A stretch of DNA of 64,000 bases, taken from an uncultured Verrucomicrobiae bacterium. GTDB lineage: Bacteria > Verrucomicrobiota > Verrucomicrobiia > Chthoniobacterales > UBA10450. Below are positions 44,082 to 53,410 of the stretch, in pieces. The notes beneath the pieces were generated by a model that was not told where the DNA came from, made no database searches, and saw nothing but the letters and a program-made list of their open reading frames with translations. The position numbers were made by a program, and so were the translations under genes. Where the stretch lies: contig CAWFGO010000005.1 in the NCBI GenBank assembly GCA_963815455.1, forward strand, positions 128,001-192,000. The letters run 5' to 3'. Every line of letters starts with the position of its first letter. Within the stretch, counting starts at the first letter, position 1.

Positions 44082-45158
44082 ATGAAAGAAACAGACATCA
44101 AATTTCGTGACGGAAAAATTGTGCGGAGCGACGAGCCGCCCAATCTGGAGATGCCGTTCGAGACGCTGAGCAGCTTCATTACTCCGACGGAAATGTTTTA
44201 TGTCCGCACCCATTTCCCGGTTCCGAAGATCGACAAGAGCGAGTGGCGCCTCGGCGTCGAAGGCGAAGTGGAAAAGCCGTTTGAGATTGGTTACGACGAA
44301 TTGATCAAACTCCACTCGCGAATAATTCCGGCCACGCTCGAATGCGCGGGGAATACCCGGAATGTTCTCGAGCCGAAAGTGAAAGGCGTGCAATGGGGAC
44401 TGGGCGCCATTGGCAATGCCGAATGGACTGGTGTTCCGTTGTCGATTCTGCTCGATCGCGCGGGCGTGAAGAGCAATGCGACTGAAGTGATTCTGGAAGG
44501 CGCGGATGAAGGTCCACTCGATGACCCGAAAGCTCCGCGCGGAAATGTGCGTTTCGCTCGCAGTATCCCGCTGAGCAAAGCGCGCGCCGACGTTTTGCTC
44601 GTTTATAAGATGAACGATGTCGATCTTACGGCAGACCATGGATTTCCGGTCCGCGCGATTGTGCCCGGTTGGTACGCGATGGCTTCGGTGAAATGGCTTG
44701 AACGCATTATTGTCACGGACCGGCCGTTCAATGGTTATTATCAGACGTTGGATTACGCGTTCTGGAAAAGGCGAGGGGACGGCGCGGAACTAACTCCGCT
44801 CTCCGAGATGCAGATAAAAGCTGAAATCGCAAAGCCGGTTCAAGGCGAGACAGTGCCGATCAATTCAAGCGTGCGTGTGCATGGCGCGGCCTGGACCGGG
44901 AACGCTGAAATTGCGAAGGTCGATCTCAGCATGGATGGAGGATCGACGTGGAACGACGCGACGTTGCTCGATGATTCGGTACCGAATGCGTGGCGGCTGT
45001 GGGAATACGACTGGAAAACGCCCGCCGCGGCCGGGAAAGTGACGCTCATAGCGCGCGCGACCGATTCTCGTGGTCGAACGCAACCAATCGAACACGATCC
45101 TGATCACGGTACTTATGTGATCAATCATTTGTTGCCGATTGAGGTGGAAGTGCGGTGA
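44082..45158 (+). CDS. Sulfite oxidase-family molybdoenzyme
   Basis: FYVRTHFPVP, TLECAGN.R, WTGVPL, HGFPVR..VPGWY...SVKWL; C-terminal dimerisation domain. Confidence 0.93.
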   Translation: MKETDIKFRDGKIVRSDEPPNLEMPFETLSSFITPTEMFYVRTHFPVPKIDKSEWRLGVEGEVEKPFEIGYDELIKLHSRIIPATLECAGNTRNVLEPKVKGVQWGLGAIGNAEWTGVPLSILLDRAGVKSNATEVILEGADEGPLDDPKAPRGNVRFARSIPLSKARADVLLVYKMNDVDLTADHGFPVRAIVPGWYAMASVKWLERIIVTDRPFNGYYQTLDYAFWKRRGDGAELTPLSEMQIKAEIAKPVQGETVPINSSVRVHGAAWTGNAEIAKVDLSMDGGSTWNDATLLDDSVPNAWRLWEYDWKTPAAAGKVTLIARATDSRGRTQPIEHDPDHGTYVINHLLPIEVEVR

Positions 45159-45169
45159 GTGCGTTCTGT

Positions 45170-45316
45170 TCCGGGGAGCACAGGCTGCCAGCCTGTCCTT
45201 TTCGGCAGCCTGCCAAAAAGCTCTGTCAACATTCCATACAAGGGATTTTTGCAACACGTGGAAATGTCGTCGGCAAGCTGCCGACGACTACAGGCTGGCA
45301 GCCTGTGCTCCCCGGA
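45170..45316. repeat. Palindromic REP/MITE-like element (GGGGAGCACAGGCTGCCAGCCTG ... CAGGCTGGCAGCCTGTGCTCCCC)
   Basis: Terminal inverted repeat; second copy at 63584-63733. Confidence 0.9.
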
Positions 45317-45406
45317 GTGTGAGTTCCGATGCGCGATCTTGTCCGCCACCGAACGGACTCGCTGTGGCGAGTTGAACTTCACGCCGGCTTCGCTTTAACT
45401 GAGCCA

Positions 45407-46810
45407 ATGTCGCTTGTATTCAAGACTATTCAGACCGAGGGGATCGCCGAGCTTTCGTATTTGGTCGGCGACGATGACGAGGGCGTCGGCGCGATTTTCG
45501 ATCCCCGGCCGGATTGCGATGTTTACATCGACATGGCGCGTGAGGCCAAAGTGGCCATTACCCACATATTCGAAACGCATATTCACGCCGACCTGATGAG
45601 CGGTTCGCGTGAGCTTTGTGCGCGCGTCGATTCAGCAAAGATCTATGTAAGCCATGAGGGCGGCGCGAAGTACAAGTTCAAACATGAGAAAGTGAAAGAC
45701 GGCGATTGTTTTTCGTTCGGCGAAACATTGGTCACGGCGCGTCACACCCCGGGCCATACGCCCGAGCATTTGTCCTACGTTTTGGCGGAGTCAGATCATC
45801 CGGATACGCCGTGGGGGGTTCTTACAGGTGATTCGCTTTTCGTTTCCTCGGCGGGCCGGCCGGATTTACTGGGAGATAAGCACACGAAAAAGCTGGCGGA
45901 AAAACAATTTCACACTTTGCGCGATTTTTATCTCAAACTGCCCGATCACGTGATGATTTACCCCAATCACGGCGCCGGTTCGCCTTGCGGGGCGGACATT
46001 GGCGAACGTTTGAGCAGCACGATCGGATACGAGCGGAAGTTTAATAAGTTTTTGCAGTTTCCCGACGTAAATGCTTTTACCAATTACGCGATCAAGACCG
46101 CGCCGCCGGTGCCGCATTATTACCCGGTGATGAAAAAACTGAATGCGAAAGGACCGGAAATTCTCGGGGGCCTTCCCCATGTTCCCGGTCTTCCGCCCAA
46201 AGCGTTCAAGGAAGCGATCGAAAGGAAAGCGGGCGCGCTGGTTGATACACGCACCAACCTCGCGTTTGGAGGCGGGCACATTCCTGGCGCTATGAACATC
46301 GGCGGGTCACCCATTCTCTCGATTTGGGCCGGTTGGATGCTTGCTTCCAACGAGCCGATTCTTCTGGTCCTCGAAAATGAAAACGATCTCGAGGACATTG
46401 TCCGGCTTTTTATTCGAACCGGGTACTCAAAATTCGCCGGGTATCTGGTCGGTGGAATGAAAGCATGGCAGGCCGCCGGATTCGAACAGACCGAGATCAG
46501 GCAGATGGATGTGCGGGAACTGAACAAGCGCAAAACCAAGCTGCAGATTGTCGATGTTCGTTCGCCGCGCGAATGGAAAGACGGCCATGTTCCGGGAGCG
46601 CGCCACATTTTCCTGCCAGAATTGCGCAAACGTGTGGGCGAACTGGACCGGTCAAAGCCGACCGCGGTTTATTGCGCCAGCGGTTACCGTGCCGGTATCG
46701 CAGCCAGTATTTTGAAAAAAGCAGGTTTCGAAAACCTCTGGAACGTTCCGGGAAGTTGGGAAGCGTGGAAGAAAGCGAAGTTTGCCGTTGAAGGAGCCGA
46801 CGGCAAATGA
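45407..46810 (+). CDS. MBL-fold hydrolase (persulfide dioxygenase-like) fused to two rhodanese domains
   Basis: ETHIHAD, TPGHTPEH, GDSLFV...GRPDL, P.HGAGS.CG, YCASGYRA. Confidence 0.93.
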   Translation: MSLVFKTIQTEGIAELSYLVGDDDEGVGAIFDPRPDCDVYIDMAREAKVAITHIFETHIHADLMSGSRELCARVDSAKIYVSHEGGAKYKFKHEKVKDGDCFSFGETLVTARHTPGHTPEHLSYVLAESDHPDTPWGVLTGDSLFVSSAGRPDLLGDKHTKKLAEKQFHTLRDFYLKLPDHVMIYPNHGAGSPCGADIGERLSSTIGYERKFNKFLQFPDVNAFTNYAIKTAPPVPHYYPVMKKLNAKGPEILGGLPHVPGLPPKAFKEAIERKAGALVDTRTNLAFGGGHIPGAMNIGGSPILSIWAGWMLASNEPILLVLENENDLEDIVRLFIRTGYSKFAGYLVGGMKAWQAAGFEQTEIRQMDVRELNKRKTKLQIVDVRSPREWKDGHVPGARHIFLPELRKRVGELDRSKPTAVYCASGYRAGIAASILKKAGFENLWNVPGSWEAWKKAKFAVEGADGK

Positions 46811-46822
46811 GCTTACCCAGAT

Positions 46823-46905
46823 TGTCATTCCGACCGAAGTGGAGGAATCCCGTGGCAAAATCGTCAGTAGCGCAACGGGATCCTTCGACTTCGCTCAGGA
46901 TGACA
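46823..46905. repeat. REP-like palindrome (TGTCATTCCGACCGAAG...CTTCGCTCAGGATGACA)
   Basis: Imperfect inverted repeat; related copy at 50087-50194. Confidence 0.85.
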
Positions 46906-46928
46906 GTGAATATGGGAGCCGACGGCAA

Positions 46929-47729
46929 ATGAACGGGACGGCAGCGCTTCCCCGTCGATCGTTTGGCGAAACGATGCGCCCCGATGTCTGGTGGGCGCAA
47001 CCGCTGCTGGTGTTTCTTGGGCTTGGAACTTTTCTCGTCTATTCCACGTGGGCGGCGTTTCAGGGCGTGCACTATCACTTCGGCAATTACGTCTCGCCGT
47101 TCTATTCGCCGGAGATCTTTGGCGATTCGCCGCATAGTTGGTTTGGCGGCAAACCGGCATGGTGGCCGGATTGGCTTCCGTTTTCGCCGGCATTGTTGAT
47201 TCTTTGGGCGCCCGGGGGGTTCCGGCTCACCTGCTACTATTATAGAGGCGCATATTACAAGGCGTTCTGGGCCGATCCGCCTGCCTGCACCGTAGGCGAG
47301 CCGCGGAAGACTTATCTTGGCGAACGCTCGTTCCCGCTCATCATCCAGAACGTGCACAGATATTTCATGTATATCGCGCTTATATTCATCGGCATTCTCG
47401 CTTACGACGTTTGGAAAGCGCTCTGGTTCGCTAATCCGGTGACCGGCCACAGTTCATTCGGCATCGGAATCGGGACAATTGTTCTCGCGATCAACGTGGT
47501 GCTGCTCGGCGGTTACACGTTTGGCTGTCACTCGTTGCGTCATTTGATCGGCGGATTCCGCGACCAATTGGCAAGATCGACATCGTCATTTCAAGCCTAT
47601 CGATGTGTAACGTGTTTGAATTCCCGTCACATGCTCTGGGCGTGGATGAGCTTGTTCTGGGTCGGTTTCTCCGACGTCTACGTGCGTCTCTGTTCAATGG
47701 GCATCTGGCATGATTTCAGGATCGTTTAA
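46929..47729 (+). CDS. Succinate dehydrogenase membrane subunit, actinobacterial Sdh1 (Rv0249c)-like
   Basis: SPFYSP, GFRLTCYYYRGAYY, QNVHRYF, GCHSLRH; upstream of sdhA. Confidence 0.85.
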   Translation: MNGTAALPRRSFGETMRPDVWWAQPLLVFLGLGTFLVYSTWAAFQGVHYHFGNYVSPFYSPEIFGDSPHSWFGGKPAWWPDWLPFSPALLILWAPGGFRLTCYYYRGAYYKAFWADPPACTVGEPRKTYLGERSFPLIIQNVHRYFMYIALIFIGILAYDVWKALWFANPVTGHSSFGIGIGTIVLAINVVLLGGYTFGCHSLRHLIGGFRDQLARSTSSFQAYRCVTCLNSRHMLWAWMSLFWVGFSDVYVRLCSMGIWHDFRIV

Positions 47730-47782
47730 GCGATGAAGGGAGATGCGTTGAAACCCTAGGGCATTGAGGCTAAGATGCGGCA

Positions 47783-47971
47783 ATGAGCGCAAGCGAATTG
47801 CTTCACGAGATCGAAGCCCTGCCCAAACATGAGCAACTATGGCTGTTCGAGAAGCTCAGCGAATTAACAGAAGCGGATATCCCTGAGTCGCTGCGGAAAA
47901 GCATCGCCGAAGCCGACCGCGGCGAACTGATCGACTTGGATGACGCGCTGCGGGAACTCGATGCCCCGTAA
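47783..47971 (+). CDS. Putative antitoxin (addiction-module type)
   Basis: Small acidic ORF overlapping the toxin start. Confidence 0.75.
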   Translation: MSASELLHEIEALPKHEQLWLFEKLSELTEADIPESLRKSIAEADRGELIDLDDALRELDAP

Positions 47972-48242
47972 TTACGTTTTTAAAACAACCCCTTCGTTCC
48001 GGAAGGCGCTGGCGAAATTAAATCCGCAGCAGAAGGCGTCAGCGCGAAAGACGTTCGCCATTTTCAAGCAAGATCCTTTTGACGCTCGATTGCGCACGCA
48101 CAAAATCCACGGCCTTTCGGCTAGACTTCGACGTACAATTTACTCTGTATCCGTTGAATCGGATCTCCGCGTGATCTTTTACCTTGCTGGCGATGTGGTC
48201 GTCAGCCTTGATATCGGCGACCACTCGATTTATCGGAACTAG
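47961..48242 (+). CDS. RelE/ParE-superfamily toxin
   Basis: TPSFRKAL.KL, DPF..RLRTHKI, SV....DLRVIF, LDIGDH..Y. Confidence 0.88.
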   Translation: MPRNYVFKTTPSFRKALAKLNPQQKASARKTFAIFKQDPFDARLRTHKIHGLSARLRRTIYSVSVESDLRVIFYLAGDVVVSLDIGDHSIYRN

Positions 48243-48263
48243 CAAGTCCGACCGGTTAAACGC

Positions 48264-50075
48264 ATGCCTAACTACGAAACACACAAGCACGATGTTCTCA
48301 TAATTGGCAGCGGCGGAGCTGGATTGCGCGCGGCGATTGAGGCATCCGCGGCGGGGGTTTCGGTCGGAATGATCTGCAAATGTTTGCTCGGCAAAGCGCA
48401 CACGGTGATGGCGGAAGGCGGGATCGCGGCCGCGCTGGCGAACGTCGATGATCGCGACAGTTGGAAAGTCCACTTCGCCGATACGATGCGCGGCGGGCAA
48501 TACGTGAATCAGTGGCGCATGGCCGAGCTGCACGCCAAGGAAGCGCCCGATCGCGTCCGCGAGCTGGAGGCGTGGGGCGCGGTTTTCGATCGGACAAAGG
48601 ACGGCCGGATTTTGCAGAGAAATTTTGGCGGCCACAAATATCCGCGCCTGGCGCACGTGGGCGATCGGACCGGTCTCGAGATGATCCGGACGCTGCAGGA
48701 TCATGGCGTCCATCAAGGCATCGATGTGCACATGGAGATTTGCGTGCTGACGCTGCTGAAAGATGGCGACCGCATCGTTGGCGCATTCGCTTACGATCGA
48801 GAACGGGGCCGGTTCAAATTATTTCAGGCCAAGGCCGTCGTGCTCGCCACCGGTGGGATCGGCAAAGCTTACAAGATCACCAGCAACAGCTGGGATTGCA
48901 CCGGGGACGGTCACTCGCTCGCCTACCACGCCGGCGCGGGCCTGATCGACATGGAGTTCATTCAATTTCATCCCACCGGCATGGTCTGGCCGCCGAGCGT
49001 GGCCGGAATGCTGGTGACCGAAGGCGTGCGCGGCGAGGGCGGAATTCTTACCAATGCCGATGGCAAACGGTTCATGTTCGATTTCATTCCGGACAACTAC
49101 AAAGCGCAGACGGCCGACAACGAAGAAGAAGGGTGGCGCTACACTCAGGGCGACAAGAACGCGCGGCGGCCGCCGGAATTACTGACCCGCGATCACGTCG
49201 CGCGCTGCATCGTGCGCGAAATCAAAGAAGGGCGGGGGACTCCGCATGGTGGCGTATGTCTTGATATCTCCTGGATAAAGAAAAAGCTTCCGAATGCGGA
49301 AGAGCACATCAAACGCAAACTGCCGAGCATGTATCATCAATTCAAAGCGCTCGGCGACATCGACATTACGACAGAACCGATGGAGGTCGGCCCGACGACG
49401 CATTACATCATGGGCGGCGTGCACGTGAATGCCGACACGCAAATGTCGGAGGTGCCGGGGTTATTTGCCGGGGGCGAATGCGCGGCCGGGATCAACGGGG
49501 CGAATCGGCTCGGCGGCAACTCCCTCTCCGATCTCATTGTGTTCGGAAAACGCGCCGGCGAGTTCGCAGCCAAGTTTGCCAAAGAGAACGCGCACGGCAA
49601 GATCGACAACGGCCAGATCGACATGCACGCGCGCGAAGCGCTGAAACCTTTCGAGAATAGCAGCGGCGAGAATCCGTATTCGGTGCAGCGTGATTTGCAG
49701 GAGGTCATGCAACACAATGTGGGCATTGTGCGCGACGAGGGCGAAATGCAAGCGGCACTCGATCATTTGAAAACGTTTTGGGACCGCGCCGCGCGGGTTG
49801 GCGTGATCGGCAATCGTGATTTCAATCCGGGCTGGCATACCGCGCTGGACTTGAGAAATCTGCTCACGGTCTCGGAAGCAATCACCCGCGCCGCGCTCGA
49901 GCGAAAGGAAAGTCGCGGCGCACAGTTTCGCGAAGATTATCCAGAAAAGGACGAGCGTTTTGCGAAAGTGAACACAATCATTTCAAAAGCGCCCGACGGT
50001 TCGATGCAAGTTCGGCTGGAGCCGCTACCCGAAATGCCGGAGTATTTGCGAGAGATTGTCGAGGAAATGAAATGA
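48264..50075 (+). CDS. sdhA: Succinate dehydrogenase/fumarate reductase flavoprotein
   Basis: IIGSGGAG, AHTVMAEGG, QFHPT, TEGVRGEGG, HYIMGG, GANRLGGNSL, ESRGA. Confidence 0.97.
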   Translation: MPNYETHKHDVLIIGSGGAGLRAAIEASAAGVSVGMICKCLLGKAHTVMAEGGIAAALANVDDRDSWKVHFADTMRGGQYVNQWRMAELHAKEAPDRVRELEAWGAVFDRTKDGRILQRNFGGHKYPRLAHVGDRTGLEMIRTLQDHGVHQGIDVHMEICVLTLLKDGDRIVGAFAYDRERGRFKLFQAKAVVLATGGIGKAYKITSNSWDCTGDGHSLAYHAGAGLIDMEFIQFHPTGMVWPPSVAGMLVTEGVRGEGGILTNADGKRFMFDFIPDNYKAQTADNEEEGWRYTQGDKNARRPPELLTRDHVARCIVREIKEGRGTPHGGVCLDISWIKKKLPNAEEHIKRKLPSMYHQFKALGDIDITTEPMEVGPTTHYIMGGVHVNADTQMSEVPGLFAGGECAAGINGANRLGGNSLSDLIVFGKRAGEFAAKFAKENAHGKIDNGQIDMHAREALKPFENSSGENPYSVQRDLQEVMQHNVGIVRDEGEMQAALDHLKTFWDRAARVGVIGNRDFNPGWHTALDLRNLLTVSEAITRAALERKESRGAQFREDYPEKDERFAKVNTIISKAPDGSMQVRLEPLPEMPEYLREIVEEMK

Positions 50076-50086
50076 GCGCGCGCTGC

Positions 50087-50194
50087 TGTCATCCTGAACG
50101 AAGTGAAGGCCGCCACTTTACTTCGTGCAACACACAAGCTTTCTCGCGTAATCAACCCTCGTCGGTGAGGTCCCTCGCTTGCGCTCGGGATGAC
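50087..50194. repeat. REP-like palindrome (TGTCATCCTGAACGAAG...CGCTCGGGATGAC)
   Basis: Same family as 46823-46905. Confidence 0.8.
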
Positions 50195-50220
50195 GCCGCG
50201 AAGATCATCGGGGAAATCAA

Positions 50221-50998
50221 ATGACCGCGCAGAAACAGGTCGTCTTCAAAATCTGGCGCGGCGACGCGAACGGCGGTGAGTTTCGCGATTACACAACGGG
50301 CGTTTCTGAGGGCATGGTCGTGCTCGATGCGGTCAATCACATCCAGGCGACACAGGCGAACGACCTCGCCTGTCGATGGAATTGCAAAGCCGGCAAGTGC
50401 GGCTCGTGTTCGGCCGAGATCAACGGGATGCCCAAACTGATGTGCATGACACGAATGAGCGATCTGCCGCTCGATAGGCCGGTGACGGTGCAGCCGATGA
50501 AGGCGTTCCCTCCGATCAAGGACTTGATCACGGATGTTTCCTGGAATTTTCGGGTTAAGAAAAAGATCAAGCCGTTTCAAGCCGCGACCGCCGGATGCGC
50601 CGGATGGAACGTGGCGGATGCAACAGGAAGACATCGACCGGGTCCAGGAGTTCCGGAAATGCATCGAGTGTTTTCTTTGTCAGGATGTTTGCCACGTCCT
50701 GCGCGATCATCGGATGCACGAACAATTCATTGGCCCGCGCTTTCTGATTTACACCGCCGCGCTGGAGATGCATCCGCTGGATACGGAGGATCGAACAGAG
50801 GAATTGCGCAACGCCCATGGCATCGGTTATTGCAATATCACGAAATGTTGCACAAAAGTTTGCCCCGAGAGTATCCACATCACCGATAACGGAATCATTC
50901 CACTTAAGGAGCGCGTGGTGGATAATTTTTATGATCCGTTCGGCTGGTTCTGGCGGTGGATGAAGAGAAAAACTGACGTTAAAGCGATGACGAGTTGA
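50221..50998 (+). CDS. sdhB: Succinate dehydrogenase iron-sulfur subunit (frameshift near 50578)
   Basis: CKAGKCGSC, CIECFLCQDVC, CNITKCCTKVCP. Confidence 0.95.
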
Positions 50999-51076
50999 AG
51001 CGATGAAGCGTAGGATCGACAGTTCGGCGGACCGCGTTAACCTTTCAACGCGTCAGCGCTTCAACGTTGCACGCCC

Positions 51077-51577
51077 ATGACTGAGCTAAAATCCCTGCAC
51101 AAAGAAGCCATTCCGGCTGCTTTGGAAAAAGCGGAGCGCTACCGGTTGCTCAACGAGCCCGGCGAAGCCGAAAGCATCTGTCTGGATGTGCTGAAGGCTG
51201 ATCCGGAAAATCAAACAGCAATCATCACGCTGTTGCTTGCCCTAACCGATCGATTCGAAAAAGGTTACGGCGTTAGCGATACACAGGCCAAAGAATTGCT
51301 GTCGCGGATGAGATCGGAATACGACCGCGCCTATTATTCGGGAATCGTGGCGGAGCGTCGGGCCAAGATGAAACTGCGTCAGAACACGCCGGATTGCCGG
51401 TTTCAAGCCTACGACCTCTTTCGCGAAGCGATGGGTTGGTTTGAGAAAGCCGAGCCGATCCGGCCGGCTGGTCATGATGATGCTCTGCTGCGCTGGAATA
51501 CCTGCGCCCGCATTATAGAGCGAAACCATCTGGTGCCGCGAGAACCGGAAGAGCGCGTCGAGTTTCCATTGGAATAG
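51077..51577 (+). CDS. Conserved hypothetical helical protein
   Basis: ALEKAERYRLLNEP.EAESICLD, DDALLRWNTC; clean ORF after sdhB. Confidence 0.85.
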   Translation: MTELKSLHKEAIPAALEKAERYRLLNEPGEAESICLDVLKADPENQTAIITLLLALTDRFEKGYGVSDTQAKELLSRMRSEYDRAYYSGIVAERRAKMKLRQNTPDCRFQAYDLFREAMGWFEKAEPIRPAGHDDALLRWNTCARIIERNHLVPREPEERVEFPLE

Positions 51578-51886
51578 GTGGAACGCGAACTATTCTTAGC
51601 ATCGTCCTCGGAGAGGCCGATCCACCTACACGATCGCCCCGCCGCAGCTCGAGCCGGCGCCGGCGGTGCAGCCGAAACAGTGATCGCCGGTCATGATCTC
51701 GGGGTTGTCGATCTTGTCGGGATCGATGTCCCACAAGAAAAGTCGTCGCTCGTGGAGTGAAGTCATTCCAGGCGTTCGGTCTTGGGGTTGAGCGAGGTAA
51801 TGGACCAACCCCACCTTCGCCAAGGCTACGGCGCGCCAGGGAGGCGCGGCTTTCGCAGTCGAAGTCTTTGGTGTAAGATTTCAATT

Positions 51887-52168
51887 GTGAAAATTACCGA
51901 GGCTAAACCTCTCGAGAGTTACAAGCTGTTCCTTCGTTTTGATGATGGCGTCTCCGGTGTTATCGACCTTGGCCACATCGCGGGCCGCGGCGTTTTCGAG
52001 GCTTGGAATCGCCCTGAGATTTTTGAACAGGTTCGAGTTACCAAGCTTGGTGCGCTTCAATGGCCGGGCGAGCTCGACCTCTGCCCTGATTCGCTTTATT
52101 TGAAGTTGACCGGCAAAGCCCCGGAAGAAGTTTTTCCCGCCTTGGATAAACGTGTGACGCATGCCTGA
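51887..52168 (+). CDS. DUF2442 putative antitoxin
   Basis: L.LRFDDG..G.IDL, GVF, WPGELDLCPDSLY. Confidence 0.85.
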   Translation: MKITEAKPLESYKLFLRFDDGVSGVIDLGHIAGRGVFEAWNRPEIFEQVRVTKLGALQWPGELDLCPDSLYLKLTGKAPEEVFPALDKRVTHA

Positions 52169-52196
52169 GATTTCCCGCTTCTACGGGATCGTCATT
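52161..52196 (+). pseudogene. Truncated 5' end of a DUF4160 putative toxin
   Basis: MPEISRFYGIVI, then the similarity stops. Confidence 0.75.
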
Positions 52197-52348
52197 CCCG
52201 AGCGTGCGCTACGACTCGCGCGCTCGCATCATCGAGCGAAATCATCTCGTCCCACGCGAACCTGAAGAGCGCATCGAATTTCCGCTCGAATAGGTGGAAC
52301 GCGATCTCCGAGCGCGTTGTTAATCTAGGCGCCGAAGGCGCACCAACT

Positions 52349-53345
52349 CTAGCATCGTCCTCGGAGAGGCCGATCCACCTCCACAATCGCGCCGCCGCAG
52401 GTCGATCCCGCGCCGGCGGTGCAACCGAAACAGTGATCGCCGGTCATGATCTCGCGGTTCTCGATCTTGTCCGGATCGATGTCCCACAAGAAGAGTCGTG
52501 ATCCGTCGCAAGTTTTCCCATTGCATGTCGAGCTGCTGATTAAAATCGCAATCGTAAACTTCGCCGCGCCAACCGACACTGATCGTGTTGCGGCACATCA
52601 GGCCGTCGATCGTCGCTTGATTAAAATTGTCGATCAAAAGCTGCATGTACTCTTCGAGTTTCCCGTTATGTCGCAGATACGAGGCAAAGCGCGCGATCGG
52701 CAGATTCGTGATCGTGTAAAGATCGTTGAACACGATTTCGAAGTGTTTTTTCAGCTCGCGCTTGTAATCGGCTTCGAGCTCTGACTGTGGTCCCGGCAAA
52801 AACGGCCCCACCGGGTTGTAAACCAGATGAAGCGGAAGATCGGCTTCGACGCCGTAGCCCAATGAATTCAAAAGCTGCAGGGCCCGGATGCTTCCTTCGA
52901 ACACCCCTTCGCCGCGCTGGGCGTTTACGTTCTTCGGCGTGTAGCACGGCATCGAGGCGATGATCTCAACTTTTCGTTTCGCCAAAAATTCAGCGAGATC
53001 CTCATAACCCGGTTCGAGTAGGATCGTGAGGTTGCAACGGTCGATCACGTGCCGCTTCGCTTCGAGCGCGCAAACTCTCTCAATGAAATAACGAAAATCC
53101 GGAATCATTTCTGGGGCGCCGCCGGTAAGATCGACAGTCGGAATATCGGTCCTGGCCAGCCAGTCGATCACGCGATCTATGGTTTCGCGAGTCATGATTT
53201 CTTTGCGCTTTGGCCCGGCATTCACGTGGCAATGATTGCAGGTGAGATTGCAGAGCTTGCCCACGTTTACCTGCAAAATCTCCGGGTGGGCCCGCCGCAA
53301 CGGCAGGGAATGTTCGGCGAGTTTCTGGGCGAACTGGTTCATCAT
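52349..53345 (-). CDS. arsS: Arsenosugar-biosynthesis-type radical SAM protein (frameshift near 52515)
   Basis: LQVNVGKLCNLTCNHCHV, DLTGGAPE, ASMPCY, LMCR, YDCDFNQ, HCFGCTAGAGSTCGG. Confidence 0.9.
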
Positions 53346-53410
53346 CAACAGATCCACCTCTTGATGAGCCAGAACTTCCACCCAAACGCCGCGACACGCA
53401 TAGGAAATTT

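Noticed and set aside
52349..52420. Selenocysteine in the ArsS C-terminal motif
   Set aside because: Both copies of the motif encode Cys, not TGA.
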